A DNA stretch of 64,000 nt from Candidatus Pyrohabitans jungbluthii (GTDB lineage: Archaea; Hydrothermarchaeota; Hydrothermarchaeia; Hydrothermarchaeales; BMS3B), in contig MTMD02000007.1 of assembly GCA_002010065.2 (NCBI GenBank), forward strand, positions 13,113-77,112, read 5' to 3'. Position 1 is the first letter of the stretch. The number at the start of each line of letters is the position of its first letter. Made by a program: the position numbers and the translations under genes. Of this stretch, positions 20,296 to 29,026 are shown piece by piece. The notes below the pieces were generated by a model. That model was not told where the DNA came from. It saw nothing but the letters and a program-made list of their open reading frames with translations, and searched no databases.

Positions 20296-21201
20296 TTATT
20301 TTTTCTTAACCTTTGCGGCAAGCTCTTCAATAAGCTCTTTCAAACCCTTCCCCGAGCTTATGTCGAAACCTTCGCCGTCCTTGAAGGTTGCATAGAGGTC
20401 TGTCCACGCGCCGCGCTTTCTCGCCTGGAAGGGTGGAGTTACCTCAACCTCACCTTTAACAGGGAAGTGGATTGTTACATAGCTTATCTTACCGTTAATG
20501 TCCTTGTTCAGGTAGATGCGCACATTTTGCGAGTCAACCCTTCCAAAGAAGTAGTCTATGCCCCGCTCAAAGCCAAGCTCAGAGAACACCTGGATTACTC
20601 GCGGCGGAAGGTCGCTGGTCTTGCACCCGCAAAGCGCTCCGCAGCTCTTTTCGAGAGCTTTAACTTTAGTCTCGAGCTCCTTGAAGACCTCCAGAGGCGC
20701 GCCCAAGATAACCTCGCTGTCCTTGTAGTCAGCGAACATTCTGGCGCCGCCGCACAGGAAGGTTACATTTGCCTTCCCGCTCTTAAGCGGCTCTGCAATA
20801 ACCTCACCGCACACGGCAATTTCGCCGGCGAACTTCGCTTCGATGCCGTGGAGAAGTGCCGCCGCCTCCATCACTTGGCGCGGGGTGGCTATCATCAGAA
20901 CCACATCCGGGTCTGGAATCTCCTCCACGGGCGCGATGAGCACCGCCTTGGTTTCAGCGGGCTGTATCCTCGGCTGGATGTCTATGAACATGGGCTCCTG
21001 AAAGCCCAGAGCGATCAGCGACTGGTGGCACTCCTCATCCTCGGCGCGCATGAGTATCGTCTCACCCAACGCGGCGCGCCTAACAAACTCGCAGAATTTT
21101 CCGGGCTTCGCCGGCGTGGGATAACCTTCTGGAATCTCCTTAAACAGCTTCACACCCACAAGGCGATACTTGCTACCGAAATAGGCGCGTATGCTCTCCA
21201 T
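20296..21201 (-). CDS. DUF169 family protein with C-terminal extension
   Basis: LVGVKL, FCEFVRRA, ECHQSLIALG, PDPDVV, AVCGE, FLCGGAR. An extra CGALCGC domain follows. Confidence 0.75.
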   Translation of the reverse strand: MESIRAYFGSKYRLVGVKLFKEIPEGYPTPAKPGKFCEFVRRAALGETILMRAEDEECHQSLIALGFQEPMFIDIQPRIQPAETKAVLIAPVEEIPDPDVVLMIATPRQVMEAAALLHGIEAKFAGEIAVCGEVIAEPLKSGKANVTFLCGGARMFADYKDSEVILGAPLEVFKELETKVKALEKSCGALCGCKTSDLPPRVIQVFSELGFERGIDYFFGRVDSQNVRIYLNKDINGKISYVTIHFPVKGEVEVTPPFQARKRGAWTDLYATFKDGEGFDISSGKGLKELIEELAAKVKKK

Positions 21202-21203
21202 GG

Positions 21204-21449
21204 CTAATCCTCGAAAGCGGGAATCTCTATATAAATTTCGTATGTTCTTTCTGCCACCTGCTTAACCTCTAGAACCTTGTATCCCTTGCCCTCCTGAGCC
21301 AGGCTGCGCGGTATACTCTCCACCGCCGGCGGATAGTCCACTATCACCTTGAGCTTCCCGCCGCCCGAGTAGCCTATCTCCTCAGCTTTAATCTTGGTGT
21401 ACACAAAGGTATCAGGGCACTTCTCGCCGCGAAGGTCTAAAGTCTCCAT
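21204..21449 (-). CDS. tusA: TusA/SirA-family sulfur carrier
   Basis: LDLRGEKCPDTFVYTK (CPx motif), LKVIVDYPPAVESIP. Confidence 0.88.
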   Translation of the reverse strand: METLDLRGEKCPDTFVYTKIKAEEIGYSGGGKLKVIVDYPPAVESIPRSLAQEGKGYKVLEVKQVAERTYEIYIEIPAFED

Positions 21450-22273
21450 CACTCATCACCCTCCGTCACACCGGAAGCTTCACTTCCGGGTAACACTGTG
21501 CATACATCTTCTACGGGTTTGGGAATAAAGTGCTCTCCACATGCGGTGCAGTCGTCTCGCTTCGCCACTCTAACCTTCTCAAAGCGCATCTCGTCCACAT
21601 TTATTATCAGCAGCTGATTCTTCAGTCCAATCTCCAGTCCAGCGAGGTAACGTATCGCCTCACTCGCCTGTATGGCACCGACGATGCCCACGACAGAGCC
21701 CAGAATACCTGCTTCTCTGCAGGTGGGTATCATGCCCGCGGGTGGCGGCTCGGGGAATACGCATCTAAAGCATGCGGTCTCGCCGGGGATTATGCTCATC
21801 GCCCTGCCCTCGTACATCAGCGCGGCGCCGTGAAAGAGAGGCACGCGGTTAACCACGGCGGCGTCGTTAACAGCGTAGCGCACAGCGAAGTTGTCTGTTC
21901 CGTCGACGATGGCGTCATAGCCCTTGAGCAGCTCAAAGGCATTGTCGTAGGTTACCTTCTCGTTTATCCCCTCTATCTTAATCTCCGGGTTTATCTCACT
22001 TAGCCGCTTTGCCGCCATCTCCGCCTTGGGTTTGCCAACATCCTCGGGGGTGTAGAGGAACTGCCTGTTCAGGTTGCTCATCTCTATGCGGTCAAAATCG
22101 AAGATGTGAATCTCGCCCACGCCAGCCAGAGTGAGGTAAGTCGAAACCGGGCAGCCCAGTCCACCTGCCCCGGTTACAGCTACTTTGGCCTTCTTAAGCC
22201 TAGACTGCTCCTTGGTACCGAAGTCCGGAAGGATGAGCTGCCTTGAATAGCGCTTTATCTCATTCAGATTCAT
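21449..22273 (-). CDS. ThiF/MoeB/UbaA E1-like adenylyltransferase
   Basis: RYSRQ, GAGGLG, SNLNRQ, DGTDNF, CFRC, TCREAGILG, CTAC. No rhodanese domain. Confidence 0.93.
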   Translation of the reverse strand: MNLNEIKRYSRQLILPDFGTKEQSRLKKAKVAVTGAGGLGCPVSTYLTLAGVGEIHIFDFDRIEMSNLNRQFLYTPEDVGKPKAEMAAKRLSEINPEIKIEGINEKVTYDNAFELLKGYDAIVDGTDNFAVRYAVNDAAVVNRVPLFHGAALMYEGRAMSIIPGETACFRCVFPEPPPAGMIPTCREAGILGSVVGIVGAIQASEAIRYLAGLEIGLKNQLLIINVDEMRFEKVRVAKRDDCTACGEHFIPKPVEDVCTVLPGSEASGVTEGDE

Positions 22274-22730
22274 GCTCTCGACTCTCCTTCAGGTAATCTT
22301 TAATCTCCCTGACGAACTGGTTGCCCAGCTCTTCAATGCGGAGCTCAAACTCCTCGCCCAGCGTGTCGCCCCTGCCTATGCCGGGGCACTCGTCGGCGCA
22401 GCGAAGCTTGAGTACCAGCTCGTCCGCGTAAATTATCCCATCGAACAGGAAGGGATACATCTGGCAAGAGAGGGGCTTCACCCCAAGCTCATGAAGCTCA
22501 CAGCTCAGATCCTCGCGCAGGAAGATGCATTTTCCAGCCTTGCCCTTGAGGCGGAAGAGCCCCTTCTCAGGCTTGAGCTCTGCGAACTCCTCCGGTGCTT
22601 TGCCTGTTGCACGGGAGATTCGCTCAACTCCTCGCGAGGTGACCACTCTGCCCTCAACGCAGCACTTGGCTCCGCACTCGCGGTAAACGCAGGAGAAGCG
22701 CTCCACTTTGTGCGGCGAGTATATTATCAC
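22260..22730 (-). CDS. YkgJ-family cysteine cluster protein
   Basis: C...CGAKCC, CIFL...C...KPLSCQMYPF, CPG. Confidence 0.85.
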   Translation of the reverse strand: MIIYSPHKVERFSCVYRECGAKCCVEGRVVTSRGVERISRATGKAPEEFAELKPEKGLFRLKGKAGKCIFLREDLSCELHELGVKPLSCQMYPFLFDGIIYADELVLKLRCADECPGIGRGDTLGEEFELRIEELGNQFVREIKDYLKESREHESE

Positions 22731-22733
22731 CGC

Positions 22734-23003
22734 TCAGCCTCCAGAGACCGCGGGTAAGATGCTTATAACGTCATCCTCGGCGACCTCTGTGTCTAAGCCT
22801 TTCTTGAAGCGCACATCCTCGTTGTTGTGGAAGATGTTTATAAACTGCTTTATCTCGCCGTTCTCAATTATGCGCTCCTTGAAGCCAGGCTTCGCTTTGT
22901 CTATGTTTTCTATAATCTCGCGTATCGTTTTGCCGCTCGCCTGTATTTCGGGCTTACCATCGCTGAACTTTCTAAGGGGGGTAGCAAGCCTAACTGTTAC
23001 CAT
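22734..23003 (-). CDS. Ubiquitin-like MoaD/ThiS/SAMP sulfur carrier
   Basis: Beta-grasp pattern (FINIFHNNEDVRF...LDT) ending ILPAVSGG with an exposed di-Gly C-terminus. Confidence 0.93.
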   Translation of the reverse strand: MVTVRLATPLRKFSDGKPEIQASGKTIREIIENIDKAKPGFKERIIENGEIKQFINIFHNNEDVRFKKGLDTEVAEDDVISILPAVSGG

Positions 23004-24244
23004 GCGACCACCTCCTTCTCGAGCTTCTTTTCTACTAACTCGCGAAATGCGTCGAGATCAGGCTTTATAACAGGCGGCTTTGTTAAGTAGTTCGCAAGAA
23101 CGTCCTGCGTCTTTAAGCCATTGCCTGTGATGTACGCAACAACACTCTCATCGCGGTCGATTTCTCCCGCCTCAACCAGCTTTTTAAGCGTGGCTATCAC
23201 AACACCGCCCGCGGTTTCTGTGAATATACCCTCTGTCTTTGCGAGAAGCTTTATCCCCTCGATGATCTCGGGATCGCTGGCAGCGCCGGCTGTGCCTCCG
23301 CTCTCCTTAATCACCTTTACTGCATAGTAGCCGTCCGCTGGATTGCCTATGGCAAGGCTCTTCTCTATCGTATTCGGCTTCACGGGCTTAATGGGCTCGC
23401 CGGTGCGGAACGCCGTGGTTACAGGCGAACATCCCTCGCTCTGGGCTGCGGTAATGCGCGTGTCTGCGCTGTCTATTAAGCCTAGAGTCTCAAACTCCTT
23501 CAAGCCTTTGTATATCTTTGTGAGCAGCGAACCACTGGCTACGGGGATAATCGCCCGCTCTGGAGCGCGCCACCCAAGCTGCTCCGCAACCTCGTATCCT
23601 AGGGTTTTTGAGCCCTCTGAGTAGAATGGCCTCAAGTTTATGTTCACAAAGCCCCAATTATAGTAGCCTGCGATCTCAGTGCACAGGCGATTGACATCGT
23701 CGTAGTTGCCCTCCACGCTTATAAGGTTGGGGTCGTAGGCAAGGGTCTGGATTATCTTCCCGAGGTTGAGGTTCGCTGGTATGAAGATATAGCAGTTCAG
23801 CTTCGCCTTAGCAGCGTGCGCTGCCACGCTGTTCGCCAGGTTACCTGTGGAGGCGCAGCCCACCGTATCGAAGCCAAACTCTATCGCCTTGCTCACCGCC
23901 ACGCTCACAACGCGGTCCTTGAATGAGAATGTGGGGTTAACTGAGTCGTTCTTTATGTAAAGCTCCTTTAAGCCGAGAGCTTCCGCTAAATTATCAGCGC
24001 GGTGAAGCGGTGTGAAGCCTGCCTGCAGGTCAACGATGCTCGAATCACTCTCCACAGGCAGGAGTTCGCGGTAGCGCCACAGCGTGGGTGCACGCTTCTC
24101 AATCTTCTCTTTGCTCAGCTTCTCCTTTATCGCCTCGTAGTCGTACTCTACCTCAAGCGGACCAAAGCACTCCTCGCAGATGCTTATCGCCTCTACGGGG
24201 TAGCGCTTTCCACAGTTCCTGCACTTTAGGCTAATGACCGTCAT
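22997..24244 (-). CDS. Threonine synthase-like PLP enzyme (sulfur-carrier-associated clade)
   Basis: Zn ribbon CRNC..CEEC, NPTFSFKDR (PLP Lys), CASTGNLANSVAAHAA, NLRPFYSEGSKT, TGNGLKT. Overlaps the SAMP gene. Confidence 0.9.
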   Translation of the reverse strand: MTVISLKCRNCGKRYPVEAISICEECFGPLEVEYDYEAIKEKLSKEKIEKRAPTLWRYRELLPVESDSSIVDLQAGFTPLHRADNLAEALGLKELYIKNDSVNPTFSFKDRVVSVAVSKAIEFGFDTVGCASTGNLANSVAAHAAKAKLNCYIFIPANLNLGKIIQTLAYDPNLISVEGNYDDVNRLCTEIAGYYNWGFVNINLRPFYSEGSKTLGYEVAEQLGWRAPERAIIPVASGSLLTKIYKGLKEFETLGLIDSADTRITAAQSEGCSPVTTAFRTGEPIKPVKPNTIEKSLAIGNPADGYYAVKVIKESGGTAGAASDPEIIEGIKLLAKTEGIFTETAGGVVIATLKKLVEAGEIDRDESVVAYITGNGLKTQDVLANYLTKPPVIKPDLDAFRELVEKKLEKEVVAW

Positions 24245-24286
24245 GGTATCACCTTCCAGAATACAGATATGTAACAATATATATAA

Positions 24287-24311
24287 TTTTCGGTAAAACT
24301 TATTACCAAAA
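24287..24311. promoter_or_regulatory. Inverted repeat beside the TATA box of the thrC-like operon
   Basis: tttcGGTAA-aactta-TTACCaaaa immediately upstream (minus strand) of AAAATTATATAT. The same TATA context occurs upstream of dsrA (~27405-27420). Confidence 0.45.
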
Positions 24312-24351
24312 GTAATATTAAAAAATAGAGAAAATAGAAAAGCTCCCAGCT

Positions 24352-24537
24352 TCAGCAGGAGCTATGCGAGATTGCACCCTCTGGACACGCCTCTACGCAG
24401 GCGCAGCACTCCACGCAGTCGTCGGCGTTCACCACTACGCTCTTGCCGTCGTTCAGCTCATAAACCGACGAGGGGCAGGTGTCAACACAGGTTCCACAGC
24501 CGACGCACTTTGCTTCGTCAACGCTTATGTCTACCAT
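24352..24537 (-). CDS. 2x[4Fe-4S] ferredoxin
   Basis: CVGCGTCVDTCP and CVECCACVEACP. Confidence 0.92.
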   Translation of the reverse strand: MVDISVDEAKCVGCGTCVDTCPSSVYELNDGKSVVVNADDCVECCACVEACPEGAISHSSC

Positions 24538-24709
24538 TCTCTTCAACCTCCGACTTTTCAGGGTTATCGCTGCTTATTTAAACTTTTTGGTGACCTCGCA
24601 GAGCACGAGGCACTTAAGCCCAGAGGTTTAACAAGTTAAAACTGAACATAACAAAATTTAAATATGTTAAGCTAAAGCTATGCTTGGAAAACTAAAAGGA
24701 GGCTAAGTA

Positions 24710-24916
24710 ATGGCGAACATAGAGGTTGATCTCGACGCGTGTGTGGGTTGTGGCACCTGCGAGTCTCTCTGCCCAAGCACCTTCCAGCTTCAGGACGGCA
24801 AGAGCTACGTGATTGGTGACGGCTCAGACTGCGACCTGGAAGAAGTAGTAAACAGCTGCCCGACCAGCGCAATAACTGTCGAGGGCATAGGTTCTGCTGA
24901 GAGAAAGCAGGTGTAA
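24710..24916 (+). CDS. Monocluster [4Fe-4S] ferredoxin
   Basis: CVGCGTCESLCP...SCPTSAI; AGGAGG RBS. Confidence 0.9.
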   Translation: MANIEVDLDACVGCGTCESLCPSTFQLQDGKSYVIGDGSDCDLEEVVNSCPTSAITVEGIGSAERKQV

Positions 24917-25036
24917 ATACCCCTCCACCTTTTTTAAATTTTAAAACTTACAAAATTTTATTCTGCTTTTATCAAAATTGGTTATTTAAAAAGTATCTAA
25001 ATTTTAAACACAAAAAAAGACAAAAGGGGGAGGGCT
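24917..25036. terminator. Probable bidirectional T-rich terminator region between convergent ferredoxin and dsrB
   Basis: T7 run after the ferredoxin stop on the + strand and A-runs (T on the minus strand) after the dsrB stop. Confidence 0.45.
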
Positions 25037-26149
25037 TTAGGAGAACTTCTTCATCTCCTTGCCCTTCACGCGAGCGCCGGCGTTCATGTCGCGGATGTTG
25101 AAGATGTAGTCGTCGATGTGCTTGTGGGTGAACTCCAAGCCAGTGCGTTCGAAGAACTCCGTCCAGCCGATGCGCTCTATCCACTCACCCATGCGCTCGT
25201 CCGGCTTGGCATCGCTGGCCCAGGCGTCGATTATCTTCTTAACTGTCTCCACAACCTCTGGCCAGCGTGGCGGGTTGTTGGGTATGAAAGGCACCGCGAG
25301 GCGCGAGAAGGCGGGACCTCCTCTGGTGTTGGAGATCTTGCCACCCACCCAGATTGAAACGCCGTCGTTCTTGGGGTCAGCCAGTGGTGTGCCTGGGCAG
25401 AGACCATAGCAGATACCGCAGTACATACACTTCTCGCCGTCTATGCTAATGCTCCTTATGGTGGTGCCGTCCTCCTTCTTTATCATCTTGGGCTTTATTG
25501 CATAGGTTGGGCACGCGGCGATCATGCTGGGAATCTCGCACGCCTTGCTAACCACTTCGTCAATAACCGTCGGTGGGCGGCGGTGAACGCCTAGGATAGC
25601 GATATCCGAGCAGTGCACTGCACCGCACATGTTAAGGCAGCCTGAGACAGCTATTGTGAGGCGCGTGGGAAGCTTCTCGCTCACGAAGTAGTCGTATAGC
25701 TCGTCCATGAGCACCTTCTGAAGACCTGGTGAGTCAGTTGCAGGTGTGTGGCAGTGCACCCAGCCGGTGCATGCTACGATACTGCGCACAGTCCTGCCGG
25801 TACCACCTACTGGGAATCCCAGCTCCGCAAGTTCCTTCTTCAGGGGCTCCACGTTATCTTTATTGTCCAGGATGAACTCAACGCTGTGCCTAGAGGTAAA
25901 GCGCAGGTAGCCGTTGGCATACTTGTCAGCAAGGTCGCACAGCTTGAGCACAGTCTCGCTAGCGATAAACTTGGGCTGCCCGGCGCGGACAGTGTAGGCT
26001 TCCTCACCGCTCTCGCTTACGTGCTTGTAAACCCCTGGCTCAAGCTCCTCGTGGTACTTCCACTTGCCGTAATTGCGCTGCACCACAGGGGGGAGCATCT
26101 CCTTATAATCTGGTGGACCAAAATCCAGCTCATCAAAGGAAAGCGCCAT
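25037..26149 (-). CDS. dsrB: Dissimilatory-type sulfite reductase beta subunit
   Basis: YGKWKYHE, LRFTSRH, CTGWVHCHTPATD, CLNMCGAVHCSD, CMYCGIC, NNPPRWPE, ERMGEWIERIGW. Confidence 0.96.
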   Translation of the reverse strand: MALSFDELDFGPPDYKEMLPPVVQRNYGKWKYHEELEPGVYKHVSESGEEAYTVRAGQPKFIASETVLKLCDLADKYANGYLRFTSRHSVEFILDNKDNVEPLKKELAELGFPVGGTGRTVRSIVACTGWVHCHTPATDSPGLQKVLMDELYDYFVSEKLPTRLTIAVSGCLNMCGAVHCSDIAILGVHRRPPTVIDEVVSKACEIPSMIAACPTYAIKPKMIKKEDGTTIRSISIDGEKCMYCGICYGLCPGTPLADPKNDGVSIWVGGKISNTRGGPAFSRLAVPFIPNNPPRWPEVVETVKKIIDAWASDAKPDERMGEWIERIGWTEFFERTGLEFTHKHIDDYIFNIRDMNAGARVKGKEMKKFS

Positions 26150-26162
26150 CTTCTTTCACCTC

Positions 26163-27332
26163 CTACTCCTCATCCACCTGTACTTCGCCCGGGAAGTAGA
26201 ACCAGAACGGGTTGTTCCTGGGCGCCTTCACCATCGTTGGCAGTGGGTCAAGTCCCACTTCGTGGAGGAACTTGCCAGCGCCTATGCGGTATATGGTTTC
26301 GCCGATTCTCTCCTTCGCTCTGCCGTTCTCATCCCACCAGTCGAGAAGCTTGTACATCAGCTCTTTAAGCTCAGTGTACGGAGGCTCCAGCTTCATGAAG
26401 GGTATCAGCGTCCACGCCAAGAAGGCACCGTAGCGACCTCTCGCACGTCCGCCAACGAGTATCGTGGCACCCCTGTCGTCTCCTGGGGAGAGTGCCTTGG
26501 GCATCTTCTGCAGGCAGTACATGCAGCGCACGCACTCGTCGTTGTTTATCTTGAGCTCATTACCATCCCAGCTCATCGCATTTGTGGGACAGTTTTTAAC
26601 TATGTACTCCACATCCACCTTGCCACTCTTGGCGTAGTTCCTTACTTCCTCCTGATCTATCTTGATGTCATCGCGCCAAGTACCCATTATAACGAAGTCT
26701 GCTCTGGGAACACCTGCAACGCAATCGGTGGGGCAGCCGGAGATCTTCACCTTGAACTTGTACGGGAAGCGCGGGCGGTGCATGTCGTTGAGGATCTCTT
26801 CGTCGGTCATCAGAGTGTGGTATATATCGTTGGTGTCTATGCACGCCATTTCACAGCGCGCGGGGCCGATACAGTTGCTCGCAGTACGGAAGTCGCCAGC
26901 GCTTCCTCCAATGTCCCAGTGCTCCTTCGCTGCCTCGTCGAAGAAGGGTTCAATGTTCTCAGTTGGTATGCCCACAACCTGCAGGTCTCCAGTGGCGCCG
27001 TGGAAGTTCATCAAACCAGAGCCGTACTTGTTCCACAGTTCAACAAGCTTGCGCAGCTTCTTTGTGCTGTAGAACCACCCGGCGGGCTGGATGAACCTTA
27101 TTGTGTGGGCATCTGCGAGGATGTCACGCCTGTCAGAGACCCTGCCAATAACACCAGCGTCGTAGCCGGGAACACCCACCATGCCGCCATGGGTCCAGTG
27201 GGTCATTTTGTCTTCGTAGTTCAGCTCATAGAGCTTGAGCAGCCCAGTGTAGCCCGTCTTTTTAATCTCTTTGACTATACTGGGCCATGGCCCCTTTTCA
27301 AGCTCGTCCAGAAGAGGGGTTTCCGATGCCAC
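26163..27332 (-). CDS. dsrA: Dissimilatory-type sulfite reductase alpha subunit
   Basis: TPLLDELEKGPWPS, THWTHGG, siroheme-[4Fe-4S] motifs CIGPARC...CPTDC, FPYKFK, CVRCMYC. Confidence 0.96.
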   Translation of the reverse strand: MASETPLLDELEKGPWPSIVKEIKKTGYTGLLKLYELNYEDKMTHWTHGGMVGVPGYDAGVIGRVSDRRDILADAHTIRFIQPAGWFYSTKKLRKLVELWNKYGSGLMNFHGATGDLQVVGIPTENIEPFFDEAAKEHWDIGGSAGDFRTASNCIGPARCEMACIDTNDIYHTLMTDEEILNDMHRPRFPYKFKVKISGCPTDCVAGVPRADFVIMGTWRDDIKIDQEEVRNYAKSGKVDVEYIVKNCPTNAMSWDGNELKINNDECVRCMYCLQKMPKALSPGDDRGATILVGGRARGRYGAFLAWTLIPFMKLEPPYTELKELMYKLLDWWDENGRAKERIGETIYRIGAGKFLHEVGLDPLPTMVKAPRNNPFWFYFPGEVQVDEE

Positions 27333-27506
27333 CTCATTTCACCTCCTGCCTTAGTTACAACAAAATCTACCTACGCCTAGCGAATTGAATTAAAGTTTTT
27401 TTGGTATATATAATTTTTCATTAAAGTGACCAGTCTGTGCAAAGTTGCCCACAACCGTGCACAATTTTACCTCGTTAGGCTACGCTGCGCCTATGGTTGT
27501 GGTTTT

Positions 27507-28049
27507 ATGGACAAGGAGGAATTTCTGGAGAGGTTCTACCTCGACGAGGAGGAGAGGCACAAGCGTGCGGAGCGCATAAGCAAGGGGATGGTGCGCTACG
27601 AGCGCAAGAAGAACGCCATTTTCACCTTTAAAGACAGCGTTGCCAAAATCGACCTCTGCGAGGTGTGCAGGCATCCCAAGGGCGTGACCTATACCCTGTG
27701 CGAGGTTGTGCCGAGCTTTGAAAATGTGGACGTTGGCGAGATGCTCGTCGAGGCGAGGGAGAAGGCAGAGGTGTTCTGCAAGAGCGAGGGCACCAGGGGG
27801 CAGTGCATAATCAACATAGTGATACCCCCGGAGCCTAAGATGATTATGGAGCTTGGTGAGCACCTCGACGAGATGACAAAGCTTGGAAACTTCGCTGTTA
27901 CCGTGTACGACACGAAGAGCGGGAAGATGGGAATGCTTGTGATAGATGAGAGCTTCCTTTCAGAGCTGCGCGAGGACCCCGATTACAAGGGGATGAGCGA
28001 CGCCGAGATATTCACGAATTTTATGATGAACTACGCTGAGCTACTATGA
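27507..28049 (+). CDS. Hypothetical protein (180 aa)
   Basis: Host-like codon usage, divergent from dsrA, ATGA overlap with the next gene. No family recognised. Confidence 0.7.
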   Translation: MDKEEFLERFYLDEEERHKRAERISKGMVRYERKKNAIFTFKDSVAKIDLCEVCRHPKGVTYTLCEVVPSFENVDVGEMLVEAREKAEVFCKSEGTRGQCIINIVIPPEPKMIMELGEHLDEMTKLGNFAVTVYDTKSGKMGMLVIDESFLSELREDPDYKGMSDAEIFTNFMMNYAELL

Positions 28050-29023
28050 CGCTGCTTTGCTTATCTCTGCACCACATAAAAACGAGCTATAAGAACTTCT
28101 CCCGGGTTAGGTTTTCCTCTCCCTCGAGCTTTTATGAGGCCACTCAGAGCTTTGGCGAGCGAGTGTTATTCCAGACTGGCACCAGGGTTGAGGTATACAC
28201 TACTGGCGATTCAACATCTGCGATGCTGAAGGTGCTATCACAACACAGTGGCATCGCAGAGGAGGAACTCTCAAAGCTGTTCATGGTTTACAGTGCCTCC
28301 GACGCAGCGGAGCATCTTTTCAGACTTGCGTGCTGCATTGAGTCTCGCGTGCTGGGCGAAACCTATATCCCCTGGCAGGTGGAGGCGGCGCTTGAGCAAG
28401 CTAAAGCGGCAGGTGCCGCTGGCGAGGTGCTTGAAAAGCTTTTCGGCGCATCGCTGCAGGCAAGCAGGAGGGCAATAGAGGAGACGGGCATAGCCAAAGG
28501 CGACCTCCACATCAGGGCACTGGAGGCGCTTCGTGCAGCGACAGAGCTTAAAGGAAAAAAGGTGCTCCTGTACGGCGCAGGTTTAACCGGCAGAAGGGTT
28601 GCAAAGCTGGCTAAGCAGCATGGCGCAAGCATCGCCGTACTAAACCGCAACTACGACATAGCGCAGCGATGTGCACATGAGATTGGCGCTGAGGCGCTTA
28701 ATTATGAGGAGCGCAATGACGCGCTGAGGGATGCCGACATCCTGGTATGCGCCACTCTCGCCTCGCACTACCGCGTTACCCCGGAGCTTCTCGCTAAGCT
28801 TGAGCGGGAGAAGCGCCTTGTGATTCTTGATGTCTCACCCTTCAGAAACGTCTCGCCAGAGGTGGCGAAGCTTGGCTTTGTCACCCTTGTTAACGGCGGG
28901 GTAGCGAAGGCTGCGGAGGAGAACCTCAAGGCGATGAGGGTAGAGGTTCCCAAAGTGGAGGGGATAGTGGCTGAGGAGCTGGCCAAGCTCAGGGCTGAGC
29001 TTCCTGAGCTTTTTGAGGTGTGA
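28046..29023 (+). CDS. Glutamyl-tRNA reductase (HemA)-like protein lacking the catalytic Cys and dimerisation domain
   Basis: QTGTRVEVY in place of QTCNRVEVY, HLFRLACCIESRVLGE, GAGLTG, NRNY, ENLKAMRVEVPKVEGIV. Only 325 aa. Confidence 0.8.
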   Translation: MTLLCLSLHHIKTSYKNFSRVRFSSPSSFYEATQSFGERVLFQTGTRVEVYTTGDSTSAMLKVLSQHSGIAEEELSKLFMVYSASDAAEHLFRLACCIESRVLGETYIPWQVEAALEQAKAAGAAGEVLEKLFGASLQASRRAIEETGIAKGDLHIRALEALRAATELKGKKVLLYGAGLTGRRVAKLAKQHGASIAVLNRNYDIAQRCAHEIGAEALNYEERNDALRDADILVCATLASHYRVTPELLAKLEREKRLVILDVSPFRNVSPEVAKLGFVTLVNGGVAKAAEENLKAMRVEVPKVEGIVAEELAKLRAELPELFEV

Positions 29024-29026
29024 ACC

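Noticed and set aside
20275-21207. 310-aa plus-strand ORF
   Set aside because: Mirrors the DUF169 gene on the opposite strand.
26262-27380. 372-aa plus-strand ORF
   Set aside because: Antisense shadow of dsrA with no motifs.
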